Assembly: GCA_033763315.1 (NCBI GenBank)
Contig: JANRKS010000012.1
Location: 1 to 44,539, forward strand
DNA from: Deltaproteobacteria bacterium
Lineage (GTDB): Bacteria > Myxococcota_A > Polyangia > Fen-1088
DNA: 44,539 bases
Direction of reading: 5' to 3'
A program made the translations under genes and the position numbers. This document shows positions 17,701-27,656 of the stretch, one piece after another. Each line of letters starts with the position of its first letter. Within the stretch, counting starts at the first letter, position 1. The notes under the pieces were generated by a model that did not search any database, was not told the DNA's origin, and saw nothing but the letters and a program-made list of their open reading frames with translations.

Positions 17701-17848
17701 TCAAGCCAGATAGAAGATCTCATCAAGCCGCAAGAAGCCCTCGTCAGGCCGACGTCCGTCCAGATTCTCGAAAAACGGCGCCATCTGCCGTTGCCACCGT
17801 TCGTTGATCGGTTCTGCATCCATGCCCTTGAGCGCCGCCTGCAGGTCA
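17701..17848 (-). pseudogene. rhaM: 3' half of an L-rhamnose mutarotase gene (truncated second copy)
   Basis: ~90% nt identity to 28550-28697; encodes DLQAALKGMDAEPINERWQRQMAPFFENLDGRRPDEGFLRLDEIFYLA*; the 5' half is absent. Confidence 0.88.
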
Positions 17849-18168
17849 TCAACGGTTCCGCTGTTCCAGCTGAACCGACTGACGCTGCCTGTTCAGCATC
17901 CCCAGCGGAGCGACCCTGCACCCTATGGCGCGAAACCCTGGGTGGGCACAGCTATCTTGTGGCTCGTAACCTCAATGAAAACTACGGGCCACGACGCGTC
18001 CAAGCCGCGTCGTATTTCATGCTGGGCGACAATCGCGACAACAGCAACGATTCGAGGTTCTGGGGTCCTGTGCCTGAGGCGCTGATGGTCGGCAAGGTCA
18101 AGTTCATCCATTGGTCGAGCGGTGAAGACGGCATAAGGTGGGCTCGGGTGAACACAGTGGTTGAGTAG
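17845..18168 (+). pseudogene. lepB: C-terminal fragment of signal peptidase I
   Basis: Box E YFMLGDNRDNSNDSRFWG and the VGK..FI.WS tail are present. The catalytic Ser and Lys boxes are missing, and the upstream frame is antisense rhaM. Confidence 0.85.
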
Positions 18169-18450
18169 TGAGCCTCCTTTTCCATTCACTTCTGCAATCG
18201 ATGGAGTGGCCATAGGGGCACTTCACGGCGCAAGGCGATTGATCCATGCAACGTGCTCGGCCTGGTCGGCGGTGCCAAGACGGTTGCCCGAGGCTTGCTT
18301 TGCGTCGTGCCGCTTCAATCGGAAGCGTCGGTAACGTTGTCGACGATGGTGCGCCATTGGCGTACGGCCATGGAAGGTGTCGCATCTGGTTGAAGGATTG
18401 ACACCACCAAAGCAGAGCCAGCAAACTACGCGGTCTCTGAGGTATCGCGA

Positions 18451-18929
18451 ATGTCACAACAAAAGCCACCCGTAGCTATTTTGGCCAGCGAAGCCGCGCT
18501 GCGCACGAAGCCATCTGTTTATCCCGAGCCGTTCGCTTCCCGTATGGCGGGGCGCGAGAAGCGAGTTTAGGAGAAGTATTTGGTCTTACGAATTTCGGTG
18601 TGAACCTTACGCGGCTGGCTCCCGGCGCTCAATCTGCCCTGCGACACGCGCATACGAAGCAAGATGAGTTCGTCTACGTCGTCATGGGCGAAGCAGTGCT
18701 TAACACAGACGAAGGCCGCACGCCTTTGAAGGCTGGTATGTGCGCAGGGTTTAAGGCTGGCACGGGCAACGCCCACTGTTTGGTGAATGAAACCGCGGAA
18801 GACGTGGTTTACCTTGAGGTGGGTGATCGAACGCCTGGCGATGAAGGCAGCTACCCCGACGACGATTTGCAAGCGCTTATGGTCAACGGAAAATGGCTGT
18901 TCACGCACAAGGATGGAACGCCCTATTGA
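18451..18929 (+). pseudogene. Cupin-domain protein with a 1-nt frameshift (or a sequencing error)
   Basis: MSQQKPPVAILA..RTKPSVYPEPFASRMAGREKRV* then, in another frame, LGEVFGLTNFGVNLTRLAPGAQSALRHAHTKQDEFVY...GNAHCLVN. One T is missing at ~18566-18568. Confidence 0.85.
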
Positions 18930-19385
18930 TTGGGCCGCGGCTCGAAAACACGTCGCGCGATTGCGCGCCCACACAAGCAAGGGTGCCGATTGCATCGCGT
19001 TCATCAGAAAATCGCAATGATCTCTCCGGATGTCAGCACACAGGCGCCATCTTGAGGGTTGCCCCCAGTGCGCAGGATGTCCGCCGCCGGCGGAGCGTCA
19101 TGAACGCCGGTCATTTCGGCATCAACCATCCGCACGATTGCGTGATTGAGCTGGGTGACGAAGTAGCAAGGAATGCTTGGCTCTTTGTGATCGCCGCCCG
19201 AACCGCGGCTTCGCCAAGTGTTTGCCCGCGCTTATCCTTCCTATGCCTTTGAGGACGCAAGGAAGACCGACGATGTGACCAAATGCCAACGGCGAACACC
19301 CCGACAGCTTATTGCGGGAAGGCGTCGGATGCGGCCTACGTACCGACGGCGGTTTCCAGACTCGTCCGCCTATCGCAGGAAACGG

Positions 19386-20150
19386 TTATCTATCTTCGAC
19401 GGCTCCTGGGCAGGTGAGTTGCACGTTGTCGAGAGCCTGGATCTCGGCGCCGAACAGCGCTTCGACGCAGATGCGTAGCTCGGTGACATTGCTTAGGATA
19501 TCGCGCAATTGGCTTGCGCTGACGCCCCATGCGTCGGGTGTCAAAGGGACACTGTAGGTGGTCCACGTCATCAGAGGCGGGCCCATGTCGCCAGGGACCA
19601 GATCCCGTTCCAAAACGCCGAACGGCGACGTGATACGTACCCAGCCGTAGTCCTCCGACGCCTTCGTCCAAGCGGTCCCGCCTACGGCCAGCGCAGTGCC
19701 GTCGAAGCGCAGGGTTCCGCCAATGTGACTCGTTTGATCACCGACGAACTTCGCGCCAGCGAAGACGTAACTGAGATCGAGATCGGATGTGTCGGCGTAC
19801 AACAGGCCGCCAGGGTTTCCTCCGCTCGATCGCTGTTCAAAGGTGGTAATGCCCGTCTGTGTAAAACCGTCCGTGTTGCTCGTGAAGTCGCTTATGAGCG
19901 GTGTGCACGAAGCGGTTGGCGGGGCCGCATCGTTTGCACCCGAATCGACACCGGCTTCGGCGCTCACATCGGCAGATGCAGCGTCAGAGATTTGCGCGTT
20001 GCCGTCACCCATTCCACCGTCGTCCGAGCCCGAGTTGATGACGGCACCGTCCGCGGTCGGGGTTGGGGAGGCTTCCTCGTCCTCGCAGGCGAAGTTGATG
20101 ATGGCCGACGAAAATAGGAGCGTGAACAATCCGAAGCGAGATGATTTCAT
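19386..20150 (-). CDS. Lipoprotein with a laminin-B (IV)-like C-terminal domain
   Basis: Signal ending NFA-C, DAG-rich linker, GGNPGG, KFVGDQTSHIGGTLRFD...ILSNVTELRI...LDNVQL. Confidence 0.7.
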   Translation of the reverse strand: MKSSRFGLFTLLFSSAIINFACEDEEASPTPTADGAVINSGSDDGGMGDGNAQISDAASADVSAEAGVDSGANDAAPPTASCTPLISDFTSNTDGFTQTGITTFEQRSSGGNPGGLLYADTSDLDLSYVFAGAKFVGDQTSHIGGTLRFDGTALAVGGTAWTKASEDYGWVRITSPFGVLERDLVPGDMGPPLMTWTTYSVPLTPDAWGVSASQLRDILSNVTELRICVEALFGAEIQALDNVQLTCPGAVEDR

Positions 20151-20529
20151 AGCGCAGCGAAAGATACCTGATACTAGCGCAGCTGCGAGTCAGGACATTC
20201 AGCAGCCGGGTGGGTGCAAATGCACCCCCTCGGGAATCAATCGGGAATTCCGGGACATCATGGGCACAGGGGTCGGGTTCTGCAGGTCCCAAGCGGGAGG
20301 GTGCGGCCGTACCTACGTGGGACATGAAGGTGGGACCCCGTAACGTAGAGCCGAGCTTCAGGTTCTGAAGTCGAGGCGGTGCGCCTTTGCATCTTGGTCC
20401 GGTGCAATTTCGCCCGCGCATCCTGAGTGCGTGCACAACCCAGCACGTCGCTTTCGCCCCCGTCACTTTCGCCCGCAATACCCATCCGTTCCCCTTCGTC
20501 AGCCATTGTGAACCTTGGAGGAACACATC

Positions 20530-21417
20530 ATGACGATAAGAACCAAACTCTACCTTCCCGCTGCCTTATGTTTTGTCTCGCTGTTTTCAGGCTGCTTCAA
20601 TGGCTACAAGCCGCCATCGGGTCCCGGCGAAGATTACTGTCAAACGTCGGATCCGTGCTTGCAACCTGGCGATGCGTGTTTCAACCGTTGCCCGTCAGGC
20701 TCAAGTTGCGATCCATCAACAAACATCTGCGCAACTCACTGGTCACCTCCGCCGGTGGATGCGCAATGGCAAACGCCCACTGCAGACGCTGCGTCTCCGC
20801 CACGCTTTCCCGATGCTGGTGTTGGTCCCGATGTGGGCGGCACATCGCCGCCTTCCGCTTGTAGCGCTTGCGAGCAGCCACCACCAAACACGCCAACACC
20901 GATCGTTACACCCCTTTGCCAATTCAACCATCAGTGTGGCCCCGGTGGTCGCTGTTTTGATGGCGCTTGCCAAGCGGCGTGCACATCTTCGGCAAGCTGT
21001 GGCACGGGAGACGTTTGCCTCAATGGCTTTTGCCAAGCGGATCCAGATGGCGGTGATGCATGCGTGTTCAGTTCGCAATGTGGCGATGGTGTTTGCATCA
21101 ATGGCACGTGCCACGCAGAGTGCACCACAAGTTGCGCGAATGCTGCGGACGTCTGCGAAGAAGGGGTGTGCAAGCCCAACCGCAACCCCAGCCCCGAGTG
21201 CAAACGCACAATTGATTGTGCAGGCTCAGGCATGTGCGTCAACGGCGTGTGCCGCACCCCCTGTGCAGATGATCGCAGTTGTGGTGCCGGTACATCCGGC
21301 TGGCTCTGCGTAAGAGGCTATTGCGTGGCGCCTCAGGAAGTTGCGCCCCAATGTGGCAACAACAGCCACTGCGATGCCGATAAGAGCTGCGTGAACGCGA
21401 TTTGCTGCACGCCTTAG
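20530..21417 (+). CDS. Cys-rich repeat lipoprotein
   Basis: RBS GGAGG; lipobox FSG-C; repeated C-x4-C-x4/5-C-x2-G-x-C modules. Confidence 0.8.
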   Translation: MTIRTKLYLPAALCFVSLFSGCFNGYKPPSGPGEDYCQTSDPCLQPGDACFNRCPSGSSCDPSTNICATHWSPPPVDAQWQTPTADAASPPRFPDAGVGPDVGGTSPPSACSACEQPPPNTPTPIVTPLCQFNHQCGPGGRCFDGACQAACTSSASCGTGDVCLNGFCQADPDGGDACVFSSQCGDGVCINGTCHAECTTSCANAADVCEEGVCKPNRNPSPECKRTIDCAGSGMCVNGVCRTPCADDRSCGAGTSGWLCVRGYCVAPQEVAPQCGNNSHCDADKSCVNAICCTP

Positions 21418-21674
21418 GTGGCGTCACGGCGGGGGCAAGACGGTTGGCCGTCGCCTCCGCGGTTTCCATGAAGCCGGGCGCCGGCAGGGACCAACCATGA
21501 GCCTGGCCTGCCCCAGACTTTGAGCCAAGGATCATGGGATGCGAAAGTCCGTCGCTTGAAAAGCACGACACAAGTGTCGCGCCGCCATCGTGTATCCACA
21601 AATCGCCATCGATAAGACAGAAGCCGCGCGTGCCTGTTTCGTCAGGCCGCGCAGCGTGATATGGATGCATACAC

Positions 21675-22586
21675 GTGCGGGCGATCGTTTGTCTTTTTGT
21701 GTTGATTGGCCTGTCCCGTGCGCTTCCGTGTGCGGCGGCGCCGCGGTTGTTTGTGCAAGGTGCGGGAGGCTGTCCCGATGCCATTGGTGTTTGCAGGGAA
21801 CTGCGTTCATTGGGGCTTTACTGCGCGCCTGACGATGAGGGGGCTTGGAAAGTTGAGCTGACCGATGCCGGCGCGTATGGGCACCTTTCAATGTGGGGGG
21901 TGCAGGGGGCACTTGTTACCGAGCGCGACATCGAGGGCGAAAGTTGTTCGGATCGCAGCGCGTTGGCTGCGCTTGTGATTGAAGCGGTGTTCTTGGAACT
22001 GGGGCAATACGTACGTCCTTCGGCGCCTCCAGCTTCGACGACAAAAACGCTGCCCACTGCGCCCGTCGTCAACGCTCCTGCTGCGCACGTCTTCTTAGGT
22101 TTGTTCGGCGGGCTCAACACCGCCATAGACCAGTCGTTGTCACGTGCCGATGTGGCCGTTGAAGCGGGGCGATCTTGGCGGGATACAGTGTGGGCGTCGT
22201 TTGTCGCGTCGCTTATGCAAGGCGCTTCGCTGTCGGAAGGCACAACGCGCGTGGATTTGTGGGGTGGGCGCGTTCAGTCTCGCTTGGGTCTTTCTCGCAG
22301 ATGGGGCGCCAGCGTCCTGGATGTGGGGGCCCTGCTCGGCGCCTCAATTCAGAACAAAACGGCGCCCGCCGCCCCCATTCCCACCTCGCACCTGCGCGTG
22401 ACCCCCGAAACCGGCGTGGTGGCTGGTGCGGCGTGGCAAGTCAGCCGCGCCTTCGTGCTCCGCTTGGAACTGGGCGTAATTTATGCGATTTCCCGCGATC
22501 GCCTCGTGATTGAAGGGCTTGGCCCTGTGGCCATTGAGCCGCGGTGGCAGGGCTTTTTTCGGGCGGGCGTGCGCTGGGTTTTATAA
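21675..22586 (+). CDS. Secreted/outer-membrane hypothetical protein of the ECF cluster
   Basis: Signal peptide, N-terminal Cys pairs, amphipathic beta-strand C-terminus ending AGVRWVL. This gene type typically neighbours myxobacterial ECF/anti-sigma pairs. Confidence 0.65.
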   Translation: MRAIVCLFVLIGLSRALPCAAAPRLFVQGAGGCPDAIGVCRELRSLGLYCAPDDEGAWKVELTDAGAYGHLSMWGVQGALVTERDIEGESCSDRSALAALVIEAVFLELGQYVRPSAPPASTTKTLPTAPVVNAPAAHVFLGLFGGLNTAIDQSLSRADVAVEAGRSWRDTVWASFVASLMQGASLSEGTTRVDLWGGRVQSRLGLSRRWGASVLDVGALLGASIQNKTAPAAPIPTSHLRVTPETGVVAGAAWQVSRAFVLRLELGVIYAISRDRLVIEGLGPVAIEPRWQGFFRAGVRWVL

Positions 22587-22654
22587 AACGACAACGAGAG
22601 GCCACTTCGCACTGATCGATCAGGAGGCGTGGGGCCACGTTCTATCAAGAGCCG

Positions 22655-23272
22655 ATGTCCGTTCCCTTGCGCCACCCGCTGGATCCCATAACGCCTGAGG
22701 CGGGTGGGCCACCTTTGTCGTGGAAGCAATTGTTCGACGCCGAGTTCCGCGGCACGTGTAGATTTCTGGGCCGCCTCGGTGTGGATCCGCCAGATGTGGA
22801 AGACGCCGCACAACAAGTTTTCTTCGTCGCGCACAGGCGCGCGAATGAATTGCAGGGCATAGATAACCCAGCCGCGTGGATCCGCGGCATCGCTCTGCGC
22901 GTGGCACGAGAACATTTTCGGTGGCGCAAAGTGCGCCGGATCGGCCGCAAAGTGATCAAGCTGCTGCATGAAGTGCACCACCAACCTCCCATGTCACCCG
23001 AGCGATGGACATCGGCGGTGAGAACAACGGCGGTGGTGCGTGAATGTTTGGCCGAACTTAGCCCCAAGCTTCGCGAGGTTTTGGTGCTGTGTGAATTTGA
23101 GCAAGCCAATCTCGCCGAAGCGGCCAGCATTCTTAATGTGCCGCTAAACACGGTGCGATCGCGGCGTCTGCTGGCGCGGCAAGCGTTGCGCGAGCGACTG
23201 GAAAAGAAATTGGGTGGTCACGCTGTGGCCGCTTTGGAGGCGAACGAATGGCCCTTCGTAGGGACGACATAG
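22655..23272 (+). CDS. ECF RNA polymerase sigma factor
   Basis: Region 2 DVEDAAQQVF...AWIRGIA; region 4 LSPKLREVLVL...EAASILNVPLNTVRSR...AR. Confidence 0.9.
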   Translation: MSVPLRHPLDPITPEAGGPPLSWKQLFDAEFRGTCRFLGRLGVDPPDVEDAAQQVFFVAHRRANELQGIDNPAAWIRGIALRVAREHFRWRKVRRIGRKVIKLLHEVHHQPPMSPERWTSAVRTTAVVRECLAELSPKLREVLVLCEFEQANLAEAASILNVPLNTVRSRRLLARQALRERLEKKLGGHAVAALEANEWPFVGTT

Positions 23273-24183
23273 ACAGGGTGGAATTCTCCGCGGTGGCGCG
23301 GCAGCTGGGCGACGTGCCGTGCGACGAGGCCGCGCGTGCCCGCGTGCTTGCGGGCGTGCAAGCCAAAGTGGTTCAACACCAGCGGCGCAAAAGGCAGTGG
23401 CGCTTGGCCGCCATCGGCTTGGTTCTGCTCGCGGCCACCACGCCCGCGTTGGCGCGCATTGGCGCGCGTTACGATTTGAATCCACGTTGGGTGGAACGTC
23501 TGTTTGGCGACCCTCCGGCTCCTGCACGCGGGGCACACAAAACGCGCCACCGTTTCAATGCCAGCGCGCCTGCGCGAAACAATGCTGTGTCGAGTGCGCC
23601 GCAGCCAACGGTGGCAGCCCTAGACCCTGTGCCATCGCCGTTGCCCGCTGAACAGGCGCCGGCCGCTCCCGTTGTCATCCACACGGTTCGCAAAGCGACG
23701 CGAACGAAAGCTCACGAGGGCAACGCATTGTTGCAACCACCCACGCCCCCCGTTTCTCAGAACATGCGCGTGATGGAGCCGAATCCCCTGCTCGCGACCG
23801 AACCTGCCGCACCATTTCGCGATGACTCTCGTACAGCAAGCCCAGCGCCACCCATGGCGCGGGCCGTGGCGCCGACTTGGAAACCTGTGGTCTCGAAGCC
23901 CAAGGCTGAGCCCACCCCCTTGGCGCTGCAGATGAATGAATATCGATCAGCGTTGGCGTTGAGCGCTTCGGAGCCTTCGTTGGCGCTCAAACGCCTGCGC
24001 ACGCTTCGTACAACCTATCCACAATCGCCCCTGCGGCACGAGATCGACATTCACGTTCTCAATCTTTTGTCGCGCGCGAACCAGTGGAGTGAAGCCAAAA
24101 TGGAGGCGCGGCGGTTTCTCGCCTCGTATCCACACAGCGTTCATCGAGTGAAAGTGCAGGCCCTTTTAGATGGCGCACCGTAA
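23248..24183 (+). CDS. Probable anti-sigma factor (TM helix, Pro-rich linker, TPR-like C-terminus)
   Basis: Overlaps the sigma gene; TM helix after RRKRQW; C-terminal YPQSPLRHE...ARRFLASYPHS. Confidence 0.7.
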   Translation: MALRRDDIDRVEFSAVARQLGDVPCDEAARARVLAGVQAKVVQHQRRKRQWRLAAIGLVLLAATTPALARIGARYDLNPRWVERLFGDPPAPARGAHKTRHRFNASAPARNNAVSSAPQPTVAALDPVPSPLPAEQAPAAPVVIHTVRKATRTKAHEGNALLQPPTPPVSQNMRVMEPNPLLATEPAAPFRDDSRTASPAPPMARAVAPTWKPVVSKPKAEPTPLALQMNEYRSALALSASEPSLALKRLRTLRTTYPQSPLRHEIDIHVLNLLSRANQWSEAKMEARRFLASYPHSVHRVKVQALLDGAP

Positions 24184-25159
24184 ACGCGCACACGCTGGCA
24201 GGCATCTTCGCAGAACCAAGCTGGGCGTCATCGCCTTGCTGCTTGGCTGTGTGTTTGCTTGCACAACGGATGTGGAAGTGGGACGCCTTGTTTCCACATC
24301 TCCTCAGGGCACAGGTGGCCAAAGCCCTAGCGACGCAAGCACGCCCGACACAGCAACCGGTGGCGATGGCGGCTTGTCATCTTTCACGCGCGACGCGGGT
24401 CAAGGCGGCACCACTTCACCAAGCCTGCAAGACGCCGGCGTTAGCGGTGGCGTTTCTGGGAGTACAGGCGGCACGGCGGGCAATGGCGAAGGCAGTTTGC
24501 TTTCCGCTTGCGCGCCCAACGTTGCCTCTGCAGCGCAGATCGCGCGGTATGAGTTTGATGAGGGCAGCGGCACACGCGTGTCCGATGCTTTCGGCAACGA
24601 TGGCACGGTCACGGGAAGTTTGATGTGGACCACGCGCGGGCGCGCGGGCGCGGCTGGTGGTTTTGGCAACGACGTTGTGCTGGTGCCAGCGAATGCAAAA
24701 CTCTCATCAATCGGCACAACGGGCGCCATCACCGTGGCAGCTTGGGTGTACGCCGACCCCTGGCCAGCGGGTACGCAGTGGATCGTACATAGGGCCGAGG
24801 CCGGCACACCCTACACTTCGTTTGGCCTCGGCGTGAGCGATGCCGCGCCCATCTTCGAGGTTCACTTCTTAAGCGCACGCGCGAGCAGCATGCTGCCGAA
24901 TGGGCGTTGGGTTCATGTGGCTGGTACCTATGATGGGATAACGGCATCGCTTTATGTAGACGGGCAACCAGCAGGCAGTCTAGACATCGGCTGGCCACTG
25001 TCGGACGATACGACCGAGCTCGCGATAGGAGCCAAAATGTCTGCGAATGCCAAGACCGGTTTTTTCACGGGCCTGATCGACGAAGTTGTGGTGTTCGATC
25101 AAGCCCTTCCCATTGCGGACGTAAAACGCCTTGCCACGTGCGATGGCAAGCTCCCTTGA
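24170..25159 (+). CDS. LamG-like jelly-roll lipoprotein
   Basis: Lipobox VFA-C; RYEFDEGSG...ITVAAWV...WVHVAGTYDG...LYVDG...FTGLIDEV. Confidence 0.85.
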   Translation: MAHRKRAHAGRHLRRTKLGVIALLLGCVFACTTDVEVGRLVSTSPQGTGGQSPSDASTPDTATGGDGGLSSFTRDAGQGGTTSPSLQDAGVSGGVSGSTGGTAGNGEGSLLSACAPNVASAAQIARYEFDEGSGTRVSDAFGNDGTVTGSLMWTTRGRAGAAGGFGNDVVLVPANAKLSSIGTTGAITVAAWVYADPWPAGTQWIVHRAEAGTPYTSFGLGVSDAAPIFEVHFLSARASSMLPNGRWVHVAGTYDGITASLYVDGQPAGSLDIGWPLSDDTTELAIGAKMSANAKTGFFTGLIDEVVVFDQALPIADVKRLATCDGKLP

Positions 25160-25259
25160 GGCAGCGCCAACAAAGTTTCACTGATCGCTCTTTGGTGTTC
25201 GGCACACAGACTGATGAGAACGTTAGCGCTCTCATCAACTTCTGAAGAAAGAGACGAAC

Positions 25260-26801
25260 ATGAATCGCCAAAGAGTTTTAGGTGCGATGTCAACGTATGC
25301 CGTGGCGCTTGCGCTTAGCACGGGGTGCGGCGCCGCGGATGATCCTGACGACACACTTAGTGCTTTGCGAAAGGGCAAGCCTTCACACTTGCCAGCGGAT
25401 GCCGGCGCTCCAGCCGATCCAAAGCCCCTCATGGACGCCAGCGCGCCACCGCCCCAGCGCCCGGACGCTCAGCCCAATCCCGCTCCCATGGATGCGGGGC
25501 CCAAGCCGGGTCCCGAATGCAAGGCAGCGAACCAAATCAAGAACGGTCTGTTTGCCTACTACAGATTCGATGAGTCGAGCGGGCAGGTCGCGGCTGATGC
25601 TTTTGGCAACAACGGACAAATTGCGGCTCCGGCACTGTGGGTGCCCGGCCGCATCGGAAACGCATTGAGCTTCGCGGGCAACAACGCAGTGACGGTGCCC
25701 AGTAACTCCTCAATCAATCAACCAGCCCTCACGGGAGCGATATCGGTTTCCACGTGGGTAAAGCTAGAAAACAGTGCGGGAACGCAAACCCTGGTCGCAC
25801 GAAATGAGGCCGGAACATCTTTTCAGCACTTCGCCTTGGCTGTCGACAATGGCGTGCCCACCTTCACGATCCACTTCATCAGGCTGCTTGGCACAAAGGC
25901 GTTGGCCCCCGGCAAATGGAGCCACGTGGGAGCGAGCTATGATGGCATCACATCGAGGCTTTACGTGGACGGGGTGGCCGCAGGGCTGTTGGACATCGGT
26001 TGGCCGCTCAGTGCAGATTCAACTCCTCTCACCCTGGGCGCACAAGCAGCCGCGGGCGGTGTGCTCTCCAATCGCTTGTCAGGCGTTCTTGATGAAGTGA
26101 GCCTCTACGATCGCGCGTTGTCTGAAGATGAGTTTCAACAGCTTGCTTCCGTGTGTGGGAAAGAACCTCTCCCACCACCGCCACCGCCACCACCGGGCAA
26201 CGTGATCGCGCATTACGACTTCAATGATGGCGCCGGCAACGTGATCAACGACGACTTCGGCAACGATGCGCAGCTGACCGGTCGCGCGGTTTGGGGCAAA
26301 GGCACCCTGGCATTTGATGGCAAAAGCATCGCCACGGCTCCGGCCAATCAAGCACTTAACAGCACTGGTGACACGGGGGCTGTTTCCATAGCGGCATGGC
26401 TGAAAGTGAAAGACAGAGCCGTCACGGGCACCATCGCCAATCGATCGGAAGCAGGGACCAAGTTCGAGCACTTTGGCCTGAGCTTGGAAGCCGGACATCC
26501 CGTGTTTCGCGTGCACTTCTTTAAGGTCGCGTCGGCGGTACCCTTGCTCACCAACGCCTGGATGCACGTGGCTGCCACGTACGACGGCATCACCTCAAGG
26601 CTTTACGTCAACGGTGTGGAGCAAGGCGCGCTCGACGTCGGATGGCCTATCTCAGCAGACAACACACCGCTGACAATTGGTGGCGAACTCAATGTTGGAC
26701 AACCCGGTCAATTCTTGGCCGCAGAGTTGAACGATCTAACGATCTACAACCAACCTCTGCAACCCGCTGAGATCTCCGCTTTGGCCAAAACGTCGCCCTA
26801 A
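25260..26801 (+). CDS. Lipoprotein with two LamG-like domains
   Basis: Lipobox STG-C; two LamG_3-like domains joined by a poly-Pro linker. Confidence 0.87.
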   Translation: MNRQRVLGAMSTYAVALALSTGCGAADDPDDTLSALRKGKPSHLPADAGAPADPKPLMDASAPPPQRPDAQPNPAPMDAGPKPGPECKAANQIKNGLFAYYRFDESSGQVAADAFGNNGQIAAPALWVPGRIGNALSFAGNNAVTVPSNSSINQPALTGAISVSTWVKLENSAGTQTLVARNEAGTSFQHFALAVDNGVPTFTIHFIRLLGTKALAPGKWSHVGASYDGITSRLYVDGVAAGLLDIGWPLSADSTPLTLGAQAAAGGVLSNRLSGVLDEVSLYDRALSEDEFQQLASVCGKEPLPPPPPPPPGNVIAHYDFNDGAGNVINDDFGNDAQLTGRAVWGKGTLAFDGKSIATAPANQALNSTGDTGAVSIAAWLKVKDRAVTGTIANRSEAGTKFEHFGLSLEAGHPVFRVHFFKVASAVPLLTNAWMHVAATYDGITSRLYVNGVEQGALDVGWPISADNTPLTIGGELNVGQPGQFLAAELNDLTIYNQPLQPAEISALAKTSP

Positions 26802-26816
26802 AGCACGCGCTTCACT

Positions 26817-26845
26817 GCGGCCTCCGGTCTACGCCGGAGGTCCGC
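26817..26845. terminator. GC-rich hairpin between convergent genes
   Basis: GCGG-CCTCCGG tctacg CCGGAGG-t-CCGC; no strong U-tract. Confidence 0.45.
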
Positions 26846-26932
26846 GGCGCGCCGCGATTTCGTTCTTATGGCAATCTCAGCCGTACAGTCCATGCGGCAA
26901 TGTGACGCAAGCCTTATCGGTGTCTAACCCCC

Positions 26933-27316
26933 TTATCGCGGCGCAGGAGCACCGTACACTGGTGCTGGCAGCGGAGCATCGGGTGCGGCATCGGCAGGCG
27001 CACACGCGGTGCCACCCGCGTCCGTTGTGCAAGAGGCGGCGTCTGCGGGCGGCGCAGGCGCGCCATACACCGGCGTATCGGGGTTCGTAACACCCTTGGT
27101 GTCAGCCTTCGCATCTTGTGTGTTGGATCCGGCGTCCATAGTTGTCGGCGCACCATACACGGGCGTGTCCATCACCAAGTCTTCAGTCACTTCCCACACG
27201 GCATAGATGGGCCGCGTTTGTCGGTCGACGGGGCGCGCCTCTTCAAAGAGAGGTAGACGCCGGGCGCCGGGCGCGGCGCGGGGGGCAATTGGTAGCGACT
27301 TCCGTGCAGAAATCAT
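26933..27316 (-). pseudogene. Chimera: radical SAM N-terminal stub fused in frame to a PVYGAP-repeat peptide
   Basis: MISARK...RRLPL...ARPVD...RPIYAVWEVT stops where a CxxxCxxC motif is expected, then continues into three PVYGAP repeats in a DAG-rich context. Confidence 0.6.
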
Positions 27317-27459
27317 GTCGACAGGTCCGCAGCAAAGCCTAGGCCACTGGGGAACCAACACCGCCCACCTCCGTAGGGGAGGCCGGGGGTGTGTTCGACC
27401 GCGGCAATCCCGTCATCAGACCACGAAAATCTGAGGCATCGTAGGACCATCCCGCCTAT

Positions 27460-27656
27460 CAAGGAATGCAGCCGCTGCGACCAACCCAAAGAGCACGCTC
27501 GGCAGCCTAATTCTCATCGCGGTCTATAATACAGGCCCGTACAACCGATAACCGTGCGTAATCCGACCTTTTGATGCCGCCTTCACGCGGTGATATGGTG
27601 ATACCCATGAACACGTCGCGGGCGAAGATCGGGATTCTGGGATGCCTCATGCTGTT
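27460..27656. repeat. Diverged repeat B1; partner 16891-17085
   Basis: Contains a truncated minus-strand stub MRIRLPSVLFGLVAAAAFL (27517-27416) and the intact start of the 27607 gene. Confidence 0.9.

Noticed and set aside
18930-19385. Short ORFs that might be further gene fragments
   Set aside because: No recognisable motifs; cannot be supported without a search.
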